Assembly (NCBI RefSeq): GCF_036321535.1
Contig: NC_087436.1
Location: forward strand, 71,550,001-71,614,000
Length of the DNA stretch: 64,000 nt
Direction of reading: 5' to 3'
Source of the DNA: Camelus dromedarius
Taxonomy: Eukaryota
The position numbers were made by a program, and so were the translations under genes. This document shows, in pieces, positions 26,310 to 39,097 of this stretch (positions within the stretch are counted from its first letter, which is position 1; every line of letters starts with the position of its first letter). The notes under the pieces were generated by a model. The model searched no databases. It had not been told where the DNA came from and was given only the letters and a program-made list of their open reading frames with translations.

Positions 26310-26720
26310 GGAGGGACAGACAGACAGAAAAGGCAACAAAATTAATCTCACCCCAGACTTTGTAATACTATGTCTCCTTTAACAACACTTTAGAAGGTAA
26401 TAAAGCGGTGTCTATAGAGCTGCAAAGAAGATACATTCAGTGAGATATCAACTGTGTGTAGCCAATAGAAAAAAATTCCTTTTACCTTAATGAACAGAAC
26501 CTTCCTAAATTACTGAAAGATGTACTTCAAGCCACTCAAGGGATGAACTAAAATGAAGGATTTAAAAATGAGAAATTCATGTTACAAATGGCTGGTTGTG
26601 AACAGTAATGTCTTAATCATGAAGTTAGTTTGAAACAGTTGGGATACTACAGTTAAAATGGGTACATAATAACTGAAAATGTAAATTAATGTATTTTTCA
26701 AAGATAATATGCATAAAAGA
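25660..26720 (+). mobile_element. Very old L1/HAL1-like ORF1-region remnant
   Basis: A-rich strand asymmetry with weak ORF1-like motifs; heavily diverged. Confidence 0.4.
26238..26307. repeat. Compound (TC)n(CA)n microsatellite
   Basis: Direct observation. Confidence 0.97.
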
Positions 26721-26829
26721 AGGTATTAGGTTATTAATAATAATCTAGATTTATATTTACAAATTATCTTAACAATGACCAGGTAACAGAGGGAAAAAGA
26801 AAGCAGAAAGAGAGGTGGGGTGATGTCAT

Positions 26830-27118
26830 AGAGTGTTAGCCAGCAAGCCCTAGGCAGAGGCTTTAAGAGGCTTTCAATGTTTGCTTTGGCCTCTAGTACT
26901 CCTCATATCTGCCATTAAACATTCAGGCTGGAGGAGCCACTGGACCCAGAATGAGGGACACTTACATCAGAGCCACATCTACCCCCCAGCCTGTAACAGA
27001 GCTGCCACAGCAGACCTGCAGACCTGGGAAGGAGAAAACACAACGTGCATTGTTGAGCTGCAGAGATTTGGGAGTTATTTGCTATGCAGTAATACTGCAG
27101 TAGAAACTTGACTGATTT
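26830..27118 (+). mobile_element. MaLR LTR fragment (MLT1 group)
   Basis: cagacctgcagacctgggaaggagaaaacacaacgtgcattgttgagctgcagagatttgggagttatttgctatgcag. Confidence 0.65.
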
Positions 27119-27124
27119 AAAAAG

Positions 27125-27555
27125 TAACCACGGGCAAGACCATATATGACTCCTTGCCAAGAAGGTTGGATTTATTTTTACTAAAATGTGTCTGAAGCCA
27201 TTGGAGGGTTTTGAGAAAAGCAATGACATGACATGGTTTATGTTATAAAAGTGTAATCCTATTGCTGGGTGGAGAGCGGGCTAAGGTGGTAAAGTAGAAG
27301 CAGGAAGACCATTTAAGAGTTTACTAAATTAAATCAAGCAAGATATGTTGGTGACTGAGTTTAAGGTGGTGGAGGGAAGAGAGTCAGAAATGGTCAAATT
27401 CTGGGTACAGCTTGAAACAGAGAGGCAGCTGGATTTGCTAACGGACTAGACTGCAGACTGTGAGTGAAAAGACTCCACTATCATCAGCTGAGCTGGGCAA
27501 GAGCACAGGAGGAGCGAGAGTGCGGCAAAATCAACACTGGTTTTAGTTATTTTAT
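27125..27555 (-). mobile_element. L2 fragment
   Basis: gaagccattggagggttttgagaaaagcaatgacatgac...ggatttgctaacggactaga. Confidence 0.75.
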
Positions 27556-28454
27556 TTCTTCTGGTTTAATGGCCAAAAACTACGAAAATGTAGTTGCTAA
27601 ATGAAGGAACTCCCATAAAGAAAATGGCAAAACATTCTTTTAAAAAACAGAGTTCGACCAAGCTGGGTGAAACTCATGAAGGATCATCATCAACTTTGGT
27701 ATTGCCCAACTTAAGAAGTTTAGAAGAGGTGGAGATCTCTAGGCCTCTTTAAATGTAGAAGTAATTTACTTATGAGGACTTATTTAATAAAATGACCCTA
27801 GAATGAATGCATGTTGTCATCGTTACAATAAAACAAAAACATTTCCAGGGAACATCACTTATTTATAGGGTTTTATTCCAGATTGTGTCAAATCAACTGT
27901 GGGAACTATGATAAAAATTCAAAAGGGCTGTAAAGCTACACTGGCATTTCTCACTGGAAGAGGCAGACACTGCTGTTTGCATCCATGCTTATCAAATAGG
28001 CCTATGCACGATCTTACTCTAGGAATGGAGACAAGAAGGAATTCCAAGACTGTTTTTTTTTTTTTTAATAAATAAAAACATTTGAAAGAGAGTCGCAGAA
28101 CATCAGAAAGGCAATAGCGTGACAAACATTATAAAACATCTATTGCAAACACTGGGAATGTATTGGATGTTTGGACGTCCACAGCTGTATCTAAAACAGT
28201 GCATGATTCCAGTGCCTCAGCCTCAGCCAATTAAAAAGACGATTCTGAAAGAGAAAATCTAGGGCATAAAATTTGAGTCTGTGAACTGTGGGGATCCCCA
28301 CAAAAAAAGAAAAATAGTTTTCCCAGCTGTTACTTTAAAAATTGTTTTGTTAGGAAAAGCTTAAGCAAAACTACACTAAGGTAACATTTATTCCAAACAC
28401 TCTGAGGATAGCAGAGGATGCTACTATACATGACAAGGTAAAGATCTGCAGAAA

Positions 28455-28655
28455 GGTTAGCAGCTCAGTTTAGGAGCCAGACTACCTGGATTGAAATACT
28501 GGCCTGACTGATCACTGACTGTGTGATTTCCGTAAGTTACTTAACCTCTGTACTTTATTTTCCTCACCTGTAAAATGGCAATGACAATCATACCTAACCA
28601 AAAAGGTTAACCCTGACACAGAGTAAGAACTCACAAAATATTAGTTACCATTATT
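28455..28655 (+). mobile_element. MIR
   Basis: ggagccagactacctggattgaaat...gtaagttacttaacctctg...cctcacctgtaaaatgg. Confidence 0.8.
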
Positions 28656-28694
28656 ATAATTATGATGATAATGATTGGGCCTAATTCCTTCCTA

Positions 28695-28777
28695 GGAAGG
28701 AAGAAAAGATGGAAGAAAGGAAAGAAGAAGGGGGGAGAGGCAGGGAGGGAAGAGAGAAGGAGGGAAGGAAAGTGAAG
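28695..28777. repeat. Polypurine (GGAA/GA-rich) low-complexity tract
   Basis: ~80 bp almost entirely purine. Confidence 0.85.
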
Positions 28778-30861
28778 TTTATACACCCTTTGGTTAACTT
28801 TCAGTACCTAACTTGATGAAGCGTAGAACTTCAGTCATCCTATCTGCCAAGCTTCTTGCCAATGGTGGTAACTACCTAAAGAAGCTGAAATGATCCTCCA
28901 TGATCTCCATCCCGAAAATACACAGGACAGAGTAGATTTTCATCAGGAAAAGAAAGCTCAGTTTTACCAAAACATTCCTTTGCCCCCATCACCCAAAGCT
29001 TGTCTTGAGGCAATGTAAAGGTTACTGATCACTCTAACAGGCAGAAGAAGCATAGTATGACCAGAGAGACTATGTTGACACACATGCCACACAAATTGTT
29101 GAGCTGATCTGTGGACCAGAGAATTAAAATCAGAAGTGTTTCGCTGTAAAGTTTTATTATCCAATACAAAATCACTGACATTTCTTCTAATGTTTTGAAT
29201 CTAATCATGGTGGGAAAAGTCATTTTTCTTCAGCACTCAACCAGATAAAACTACTTACATCTGTAAGGGCAAATGAGTTCTTGTAAGAATTCCTATTACG
29301 TGAGCCCCTTTTAGAAAATCCAAGGGCTGTCAACATCATTTCTTTGCCAAGAAACGCTTCAGCTGAAAGAAAATTCTGGTATTTTTTGCAAAATGGAGCA
29401 TCTGTGATGCTTGGAAATACATTTAGTTTTGCTGCTTTGGTGAAGAGAGAAGCAACCCATGGCACTGGAATGCATTGCTATATAGATTGGCTTGTGTTGG
29501 TATCAAAGACTCAGCCAATAACAATGAAAGAAGTCTTCTGTTGCTGTGAAATTTGTCAGCTTCATCAGAGCCAGATCCTTGGATCACCACTTTTTAAAAT
29601 TATAATTTTTTTCTACTGTATGGACACTCATTGGCATTCCAGGGGACAAGTCAATAATGCACATGATTAAACTTCAGAGAAAAATAAAAACCCACTCAGA
29701 ACAATTTGAAAGGGAGATATTCATGCATTGCTTGGCTTACCGGGAAAATATTTTTGGCCATGTGCATAAGGTAAATCTTCTGATCCAAGGTCCTACTGCT
29801 AAAAAATAATAAGCAATTTTTGACCAAGATGCCAAAGGAAGTGCCCCACAGGATAAAGTTGAGACTGACAAATCATTGTCGATTTCTCAGCTGGCAGAGT
29901 TGGAAATCCTGCAGACATTTTCTGAGGGTTTCTTCAGCCTTCTTGGATCTTAATAATAAAATGAGCATTGTAATCCATTCGTTGCTGACACTGCATTAGT
30001 AGTGCAAATTTTATCAAAGACGACCCCATTGCCTTGAGAACTAAGGAAAGGAAGTGACCCAAATTCAACATCAGGTGCCTCATTCAGTTTGCATGCTTCA
30101 ACACCAGTTCACTCTAACCAAGTAAAGCAACTTTTAGGAGCTTTGATTCCATTTGCTTTTATATGCATCTGTGAGTCAGGATTTTCAGAAATGTTGGCTT
30201 CAAAAAACACAAATATTCATAATCAATTAAAGGCCAAAGACAACTTATACCTTGCCGTGTCAAAGTCATTTCCACTAAACAAAACAGCATCAGCTTTATT
30301 TTCAAAATACACTACTAAGAATAAAAATTTACTTTTTGGTTTTATTTGTAAAAATTCAATTTATTTCCATGTTTTCCCACTCATAAGTCATCAATTTTTG
30401 CATGACGTTCCCCATCTCCAGAATAATGCATATGAACATATATTCCCACAAAGCTACTGAATTTCTTTATAACTTGACTTTATACACTTACCAAAATAAT
30501 CTTTAGGAAAGAAGTTACATCTTTTTAGGTTCTGTGTCTGGAATGCAAAAGAAAGTTGAGAACTAAAGTGATACAATCTTCATGAAGATGTAAACTGATG
30601 AATGCCTTAATCCACTATTCCTGATTCATATATAAAAATTATCACCATATAGACTGAAAACTTGAGAACAGTCAGTTATGCATCAAAGTTGATGAATCAC
30701 TGGATTGCCCTAGAATACCGTGTTTCAAAGATACACAGACAGCGAAGAAGTCCTGAGTGCTCAAGACATGTTGTAGTTTCAGACTTTATTAGCAAACATC
30801 CCAGAGTTTAAAAATCCTCAGGATAGCCTAGACTTGGAAAATGTCATATGAAGAACACATA

Positions 30862-31529
30862 CATATTACTATTATCCAAAGGAAATAAAAATACTCATTT
30901 GAAAAAAGTATCTTCTCCCTTACATTCACTGCAGCTTTACTTATAATAGCCAAGGCATGGAAATAACCTAAGTGACTATGAATGGATGAATAGATAAAGA
31001 AAATGTGATATATATATATATATATATATAATGAAATATTATTCAGCCATAAAAAAGAAAATCCTGCCAGTTTCCAGATGGATGGACCCTGAGAATACTA
31101 TACGAAGAGCAGTAAGTCAGAGAGAGAAAGACAAATACTGTATGATCTCACTTACATGTGGAATTAAAAAAAAAGCCTCATAGATACAGAGAACAGATTG
31201 GTGGTTGCCAGAGGTGGGGTAGGGGAGAGTGTGTGTGTGGATGGTGGGCAAAACGGGTGAAGGCAGTCAAAATGTACAAACTTGGAGTTATAAAATAAGT
31301 AAGTCCTGGGAATGTAGTGTTCACCATGGTAACTATAGTTAATAATACTGTACCGTATGTTTGAAAGTTGCTAAAAGAGTAGATCTTAAAAGTACTCATC
31401 ACACAGAAAAAAATGTTCAACTATGTGTGATGATGAATGTTAACTAGATTTATTATGGTGATCACAAAGTATACATATATTGAATCATTATATTGCACAC
31501 ATGAAACTAATATATCTCAATAAAAAAGA
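30862..31529 (+). mobile_element. LINE-1 3' end (L1MA class)
   Basis: ataatagccaaggcatggaaataacctaagtg; tattattcagccataaaaaag; 3'UTR ending ctcaataaaaaag. Confidence 0.9.
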
Positions 31530-31689
31530 ATCATAGTATGTATATGTATATTTATATATATATGTATATAGATAGACATAAGATTGGGAAGTAAAACAAA
31601 AACCAGGAAAAACAGAAGTATAAAAATTTGTTCAGTGCTTTTATTTGGCTTGCAAATAGATTCCTTTTTGTATCCTACTAAAATAAAAT

Positions 31690-32310
31690 AAAAAAAAAAC
31701 TAAAATATCCTTACTGGACACCATTGCAAGTAACCAGGATGCCAACTCCTTATTCTGAGTATTAGCCATTAAAATAAAATACTGAGCATTTACTTTGCCT
31801 TTATCCTGGCTTTCCTGTATATCAGCATAGCCAAATATACCTAAATGATAAGAAAATTCTGACTATTAAATGTGTAAGAAATTAAAGCATTAGAAAAATC
31901 ATCATTTTGTAACTCCTAATGTAATATTTGAGTCAGGAAAAGATCATCAATGGATGAAAGCATTAGATGAAAGAGTTCATGAGGAATTTTATAATGGAGG
32001 CATCAGCCTGTCACCACCCCAACTCAATGATCAATCTTAACATCATTAAAGTGGGTCACCCAGATGTTGTATGCTTCCTGCTGTGATATAATGTGAAGCA
32101 TCCAGTTCTACCTTTGAAATACTTTGACCAAAAAAGCTAAGCATGCATCTATTAAAGCTCTCAGAGCTAACTTCTAATCAAATGTCATATGTAACTTGGA
32201 TGAAGCAAATACAGTAAAATCATGAGAGTTATTGAATCTGAGTGAAAAGTCCAGAGGGAATCAATGATTTTTTCTAACTTGTGTATATTCTAAAATTTTA
32301 TAATTGAAAA
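31690..32310 (+). mobile_element. Old L1ME-class 3'UTR fragment
   Basis: caccattgcaagtaaccaggatgccaactccttattctg; atgatcaatcttaacatcattaaagtggg. Confidence 0.6.
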
Positions 32311-32569
32311 TAACCATTACACATAATCAGGATGTTACATTCGTATATATCTTAAGCCCTAACAAATATAGATGCTACATATACTTATAGAAGCTACATA
32401 TACTTAAAACCTTATGAGAGGTATGTTTTTGAATCTGATATTTATTGGAATTGGCACCAGCGTCTCACAGTAAGAACTGCATCTTTCACTGAAATCTAAG
32501 GGGCAAAGTGGATGACCAGAGACAATAGCCCAGCTGCAGCAGAAAGAAATTGAGTCCATAATGATTGTA

Positions 32570-32795
32570 GTGAATAATGGTAACATTTATTAAGTGCATG
32601 TTCTGTGCTGGGCACTGTGCTATGTACTTATCCTTGTTTCAATTATAATCATCACAACATAGAGGACATTGATATCTCCAGTTTACAGATAAGGCTAAGA
32701 GAGATGTTAATGATTTTGATTAAGATCACAGAGCTAGAATATGGAATTCAAACCCAGCAGTTACAACACAAAGATCATATTTTTAATTCTACACC
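32570..32795 (-). mobile_element. MIR
   Basis: aacatttattaagtgc...gtgctgggcactgtgcta...tttacagataagg. Confidence 0.7.
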
Positions 32796-32934
32796 AGGGT
32801 TAATATGTACTCATATCCATGACCCCATTCCCCACAACCCGATATTCACCACAAACCATGAAGAGTTTAATTGCAAGTATGGTTAATGTATATAATGATA
32901 TACTCAACTATAGTGTCAAGAAAGAAAACTATAA

Positions 32935-33445
32935 TTTCTGCATCTGAATCTCTCCACTTTATGAGTCTGGAAGGCAGAAAAAAACTGCTTTCCACTATTG
33001 TAATTAAAAATGCAGATGTTCAGTTCCCCAATTTTCTTTGAGCTAGGACATGAGCTGTGCCCTACACTCTAGCAGATAACACACTTGCCCCAGACTTTGA
33101 ATTGAGGACCAGTACATCTAAGAAGCAGGGAACATGAAGAATTCTCCCTGGTGGCAGTGGTTTTGCAAGATTGAGTGTCCTGGGATGCACGTGCCTGGAA
33201 TAGCCAATGTTCAATGCTATTGGTTTAAACTGTGTTAACTGTAGGTTTCAGTGCTCAGCTAGAGTGGCAGTGGGTCCTCAAGAGCAGATCTGAAGCATGG
33301 TATTGGACTGTGCTATCTGCATAGACTCCACACTGTTTCCCCAAACTTCTTGGTGATTCTGTGACTCACTAATATCAATTTAATAAGTTCCTTTTCTGCT
33401 CAAACTGCCAGAGTAAATTTCCTGCCAACTAAAAACATTAGCTAA
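32935..33445 (+). mobile_element. ERVL LTR33-like solo LTR (degraded)
   Basis: ggtgattctgtgactcactaatatc...aataagttccttttctgctcaaactgccagagt resembles the LTR33 3' end. Confidence 0.55.
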
Positions 33446-33449
33446 TTTA

Positions 33450-33870
33450 CCAAAAGAGAATCAATTTAGATCCTAACGCCAAAGCATGCACTGAAATAAA
33501 TGCCAAATAGATGAACGGATTAACCTTTTTAAAAATAATATGTTTAAAATGAAGAAAATACAGGTGAATAGCTACCTCTGAATAGGAAAGTTCTTTCTGG
33601 CATTTCAAGTTAAAAAATGTTTGCATAAATAGGAGTTTTATTATTTAAAGAATAAGAACATAAACAATAAGCTGAAAGAAATATTTATAACATTTATGGC
33701 ACAGTTGTACTATTTTATATATATAAAATATTTTACAGGTTAATAATAAAAACATCAATCAGTAAAATGACGAAGGATTTAAATAGAAAGCTCATAAAAG
33801 AGAAAATATGAGCCAATATACATATGAGAAACTATTCAAGATCAATAATGAAAAAAACCCCACAAGTAAT
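33450..33870 (+). mobile_element. Old L1 ORF2 3' remnant
   Basis: gaaatatttataacatttatggca...gaaggatttaaatagaaagctcataaaagagaaaatatg. Confidence 0.5.
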
Positions 33871-35131
33871 CTAGAATTCCCATTCATTTGTGTAATAAAT
33901 ACCATGTGCCTTCTGAGTGCTATTTTAGGTGATAATAACACATCAGTGAACAAAGCTAAGTCAGTGATATTGTTCTGCTATCAAACCTCTTCTAGAGTTG
34001 TCATTAATCCTCACAATAGCCAGTTGTATTCTTCACTCTCACTTTTTTTCTCTTGCCTGAAATCTGGCAAGAAAATTTCATGATCAGGAAAGCACTCAAA
34101 ATGCAGAGAATGAGAAATGAGCAATTACATATGATTACAAAGTGGATACACATATGGAAATAGTTAAGTGAAATTTATCAACCTAATGAGTCAGGAAGTG
34201 AAAAAATTAGTTACTCTCAAATATAAGTCAAAAAATAAGTCATTTTCTAGGAAAAAATGAGACAGACATGCTATTTTAATATATGTCTATGACTTGCTTA
34301 CTCAGACTCCACAATTATTCAGAGGAAATTGCAGTATGTGACAAAAACTCAAATAGTCCCCACAGCCCTGCAAACTCTGCACTTGACCCCATTCATCTTC
34401 TCTGCTGTGGTGATTTATGCTGGAAATACAAATATGCCTTAATTGTTGGTTTTCATTTCCAAAACTACAAATTTATCTTTAACTCGGTGTGGTCGGTCAA
34501 CCACTTAGGAGGGATAAATTTAGCCCACATGGCTGTAACACATTAGGGAAGGAAATTCCCAGAAAGCTGTAGGTCACTGGTGATGCACTTCATGGTATGA
34601 CTTTACTGAACTATTCCTGGGGTTTGTAGGCTCCGGGAAAGATGTTCACTACAGAGTCTCAAGTACATGCTTTTAATCTATCCAGTATTTTGTGATTTTC
34701 TGAGTTTCCTCTTTAAAAAGTAACAATTAGATGATGAGAGTAATTAAAATATGTTAAATTATGGAGTGTTAAATGTTAGTTAAACAATCATATAGTGCAA
34801 ATCTCTACCACCTGTAGCCATTGACTCTCCCTCAAATCCTGACTTATTTCAATTCAGCCTGGGCTCAGTGTTAGCATCACCACCTTCCACAAGAAGCCTG
34901 AGCAAATTTGGTTTACAGTAAGAAGAAAAGTTGCAAGATATGTTCCCTTTGTTCTCACCAAAGAGAAAATGTCAACATATTCTTGAATGTGAAAGTCTAT
35001 TCATCTGAAAACCACTAAATTTCCACCTGAAGCAAATAATACTTTTTATTGACACTTCCAAGATTTAAAAATCTTAAGGTATATTCTAAAACATCCAAGT
35101 GATACATTCATGAACTAATAATTTAGGGTGT

Positions 35132-36045
35132 TGTATTCGTTTTCTATTGCTGCCTAATAGGTTACCACAAATTCTGTGGCTTAAAATATCCATTTATTAT
35201 CTCACAAATTCTATAGACCAGAAGCCCAGATGGGCTCCCTTAGGATCTCTGCTCATGGTCTCCCAAAACCAAAATCATGGTCAGTCTAGCTAGGGAAAAA
35301 ATTAATTTCCAAATTTATTAGGGCTGCAATAACAAAGGTCCATAGATTAAGAGTCTTTAAACAGCAGAAGCTTATTTTCTCATAGCTCCGTAAGCTAGAA
35401 GTTCAAGATCACAGTGTCAGCAGGGGTGTTTTCTGCTGAGGCTTCTCTTTGGCTCGCCAGTTGGCATCTTTTCTCTGTCTTCAGTTGGTCCCTCTGTGTC
35501 CGAATTTCCTCTTCTTGAAAGGACACTGTATTGGATTAGGGCCCACCCTAATGACCTCATTCTAATTAAATTGCTTCTCTAAATATAGTCACATTCTGAG
35601 ATACTAGGGGTTAGGACTTCACCACATAATTCTAGGCACAATTCAGCCTATAACAAAGCTAAATCAGATTTCTGGTAGAATTCAGTCCTTTGTAGTTGTA
35701 GGTCTGAGGCCCCCATTTTTTTAAATGGCCGTCAACAGGGGGCAATTCACTGCTCAAGAGGCTATGTTCCTTTCCACATGGTTCCCTTCAACTTCAAACC
35801 AGCCTCGGTCCCTGAGTACTTATACCTCAAATCTCTCTGACTTTCCCTTCTGCTATTGACTGGAGAAAACTCCGCTTTTAAGGGCTCATGTGGTTAGATC
35901 AGGTCCAGAAAGAACATCTTCCTATCTTAAGATCAACTGCGCCATACAATATGACATAATCTTGGAAGTGACAACTCATACTTACAGGTTCCAGGGATTA
36001 AGGCAGGGCATTTTGGAAGGTCATTTTAGAAACTCTGTTTACCAC
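35132..36045 (-). mobile_element. MaLR LTR (MLT1E-like) with a nested MLT1A-like LTR
   Basis: tgtattcgttttctattgctgcc...gttaccacaaattctgtggcttaaaa; ends ctctgtttaccaca. Confidence 0.8.
35317..35655 (-). mobile_element. MaLR LTR (MLT1A/A0-like), nested
   Basis: gggctgcaataacaaa...ttggattagggcccaccctaatgacctc...cacaattcagcctataaca. Confidence 0.8.
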
Positions 36046-36659
36046 AAATATTGAAGCTATGTTTTCACTAAATGGGCCATTTTGGCATGGCAAGAATTGG
36101 ATATATAATCAAAGACATGAATTGGCCTAGAAGAATTTGGGTCTGAGGAAGTTCTCCTGTGTGATTCACATCATCTTGATTGGATATTCCTTGAAGTTAG
36201 CAGAAGGAAAAACAAGCTCTGTGTTCTGTACTCTACATAGAATTTTACCAATGCCCTAAGCTATTCTATAATATCTGAAGACAGTTTTAAATTTGGAACA
36301 GCAATAGAGCCACTAGCTAAACTTAGAGACAAGTACGTAACAGGAAATAACTTATTTAAAGATGGTTTTTAAGATATTCAAAAAATACCCAATTTTATTT
36401 TCCTTATTGTCTAAATTACTCCCTGTTACTTGCTTAGGTGGTTATGCAAGAGTAAACTTCCCTTTATACTGACTGAGCCCATGTGCTTTTATCATTCAAC
36501 ATTAAATAAAAAAAAAAAAAAACTAATCACTTAGCCTCTAAACAATAAACATTCTAATGGGAGAAGGAGATAAGGTAGTGGGCTTAAGGAGGGAGAAAAT
36601 ACACAAAAATAATGTTTAAATGTCACATGATTCAAAATTAAAATAAAATGTTGCTGAAT

Positions 36660-36995
36660 TTTTTATCTACCCTTTTGCCCAGATTATTGCAATAGCTTTC
36701 TTACTGGTCTCTCTTGCTCCAGTCTTGTTCTGTTTCCCTCCAATCCAGTCTCTACACTGCTACCAGTGATCTTCCCTGAATATTGCCCACTACCTAGCAT
36801 GGCCCATGTCATCCATGAAACCCTTATGGTCCTCAACTATTTTTCCAGTCCCATCTCCTGTCAGGGCACTCTGTTACTCATGCTCCAGTGAAGTATTCTA
36901 CCAATAAATGTTCCTGTAAACACATTATTCTTTAACTATTTTATTCTCAAGATGTAAAGGATTCTACTAAAATGTGTTAAATGAATGAATAACAT
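36660..36995 (+). mobile_element. L2 fragments
   Basis: gattattgcaatagctttcttactggtctc...ctacactgctaccagtgatctt; aaatgaatgaat end. Confidence 0.6.
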
Positions 36996-37244
36996 GCTCT
37001 GGCATGCTTCTATTCAATTCTATATGTTGGTACTTAACAGAAATTCCCACTCTAGGCCCTATTGTATCTCTTTGAATTTCCATTCATGCTACCAAATCCT
37101 GCTCAAGTGTCAACATTATCTGAAGCTTTACCTCCCTCCTACAGTGGATTTAATTAGTCTCTAGTTAATTCCACCTTGTGTATCCTTGTGAATTCTTCAG
37201 CATATAAATCATGTTTTAATCATATGTTTTCATGTTCTTTGTTA

Positions 37245-37401
37245 GATCCACAGAATAACATTATCAGCATCACTTGGGAACTGTTTAGATATGCAAATTT
37301 TGGGTTCCCATCTCAGAGCTGCTGAATCAGAAACTTTGTGGGTGGGGGTTAGCCAGCTCTCCAGGTGGTTCTGATAAACACTAAAATTTAAGAACCTGCT
37401 G
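37245..37401. mobile_element. MER5A-like hAT-Charlie MITE
   Basis: atcagcatcacttgggaactgtttagatatgcaaatt...ctgaatcagaaact...tttaagaacctgctg. Confidence 0.8.
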
Positions 37402-37613
37402 TCCTGAGAACTTGTCTTACTCATATCCAAATACCTAGCACAAAGTAGATAATAAGCAAATGTTTATTGAGATGAACTTTAGCTTCTAACTATTTGATTC
37501 AATAGAAACATCACTAGTCTTTTGGATGACTTCAAATGTTAAAAAAAAAAAAAAGATAGAAATTGAAAGACATTTATTGACCCTGAATTAATTTATTTTG
37601 GCAATGAAACTAG

Positions 37614-37616
<3 letters not shown>

Positions 37617-37649
<33 letters not shown>
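37617..37649. repeat. (TA)n microsatellite
   Basis: Direct observation. Confidence 0.95.
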
Positions 37650-37653
<4 letters not shown>

Positions 37654-38106
37654 TTGTGAAGAACTTTTCCAAATAATCTTTATAAGAATGTTTACAGAAA
37701 ATGTCCAAGAAACATGGGGTCAATGCCAGAATTTAGTGCCAATTTATTTTCCCCTTCAAAAAAATTATCTCTAACCATAAATTTAAGTTATGTGAGGGTC
37801 ATGAAGTTGTTGGCAGGAATAGTCTCTCATTGAAATGTAGGAGAATTTTGTTGTAGTTTTTGTTGTGAGTTTCTGTTTACCACAAGAAATTATGTGCTGG
37901 GCTATGAATCTTAGGCATCTTGGGAATTAATAAATGCTGTCTCTCTGGCCCTTTATCTCCAGATAGCATCCTCTTCTATCAGGAATGATACTATTAAATG
38001 GAAGAAATTAATTGTCTTCTGGTTGAAATCACCACTGCTTGGTTATCTGACTTTGTGTTGTTTCAAAGGAGCCTAAAGGAATTAGAAGCAATCAAAAGCA
38101 AGCCTG

Positions 38107-38770
38107 GAATGAACCAACATAACATAACAGAAACAGATTCTTAAAAACAGAGAACAAACAGGGGGTTGCCAGAGGGATGGGGGTGGTGGGGATGAGAGAA
38201 ATAGGTGAGGGAGATTAAGAGGTACAAACATGGGGAACGCAGTCAATAAGAATGTACTATCTTTTTATGGTGATGAATGGTAACTAGACTTATCATGGTG
38301 ATCATTTTGAAATGTATAGAAATATCGAATCACTGTGTTGTGTACCAGGAGCTAACACAGTGTTGTAGGTCAATTATACTTCAAAAAATAAACTCCTAGA
38401 AAAAAATATTTGTGGTTACTAGAGGTGGGGGTAGGGGGATGGGGAATTGGAAGAAGACAGTCACAAGGTACAAACTCCCAGTTATAAGATAAATAAGTAC
38501 CAGGGATACAATGCAGAACATGATAAATACAATTAACATTGCTGTACATCATATATGAAAGTTTAGAGGGTAAGTCCTAAGAGTTCTCAGCTCAAAGAAA
38601 AAAAAATTTTCAATTTCTTTAATGTTGTATCTATAAGAGATGATGGATGTTCACTAAATTTATTATGGGAATCATTTCATGATGTATATAAGTCTAATTA
38701 TTATGCTGTACATCTTAAACTTATATGGTGCTGTATGTCAATCATATTTTAATAAAACTGGAAGAAAAAA
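38107..38770 (+). mobile_element. LINE-1 3'UTR with two tandem 3'UTR modules
   Basis: Module 1 (ggttgccagaggg...ggtacaaac) ends caattatacttcaaaaaa at ~38388; module 2 (ggttactagaggtggg...ggtacaaactcccagttataag) ends aataaaactggaagaaaaaa. Confidence 0.85.
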
Positions 38771-38794
38771 TATATGAAATGTATACTGTCAATA

Positions 38795-38930
38795 CATCCA
38801 TTTTACAGATGAAAACACTGAGGTATATAGAGAGATTAAATAATTTACACAAAGTTACACAGCAGATTACCCAAGAAGATTTTTAGTCTGGCAAAGTATG
38901 TGCCTTCACCACTAAAATACACTGTTTATC
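38795..38930 (-). mobile_element. MIR fragment
   Basis: ccattttacagatgaaaacactgagg. Confidence 0.6.
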
Positions 38931-38994
38931 TTAGACAAAAGAAGAGCAAAATAAACTTAATATTGAAGATACAGTAAATAGAAATGACAATGCC

Positions 38995-39097
38995 TGGAGT
39001 GGAATGGATATAGCTCAGTGGTAGAGCACATGCATAGCAAGCATGAAGTTCTGGATTCAATCCCCAATACCTCTATTAAAAAGAAAAAAAAAAATTT
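38995..39097 (+). mobile_element. tRNA-derived camelid SINE (Vic-1 type)
   Basis: tagctcagtggtagagcacatgc...ggattcaatcccc, A-tail; perfect 12-bp TSD aatgacaatgcc (38983-38994, 39098-39109). Confidence 0.92.

Noticed and set aside
29812..29953. Plus-strand stop-free stretch (DQDAKGSAPQDKVETDKSLSISQLAELEILQTFSEGFFSLLGS*)
   Set aside because: No start codon or convincing splice acceptor, and no recognisable homology.
38995..39097. tRNA-like sequence (also at 16118 and 42522)
   Set aside because: The A-tails, TSDs on two of the three copies and degenerate stems show these are SINEs, not tRNA genes.
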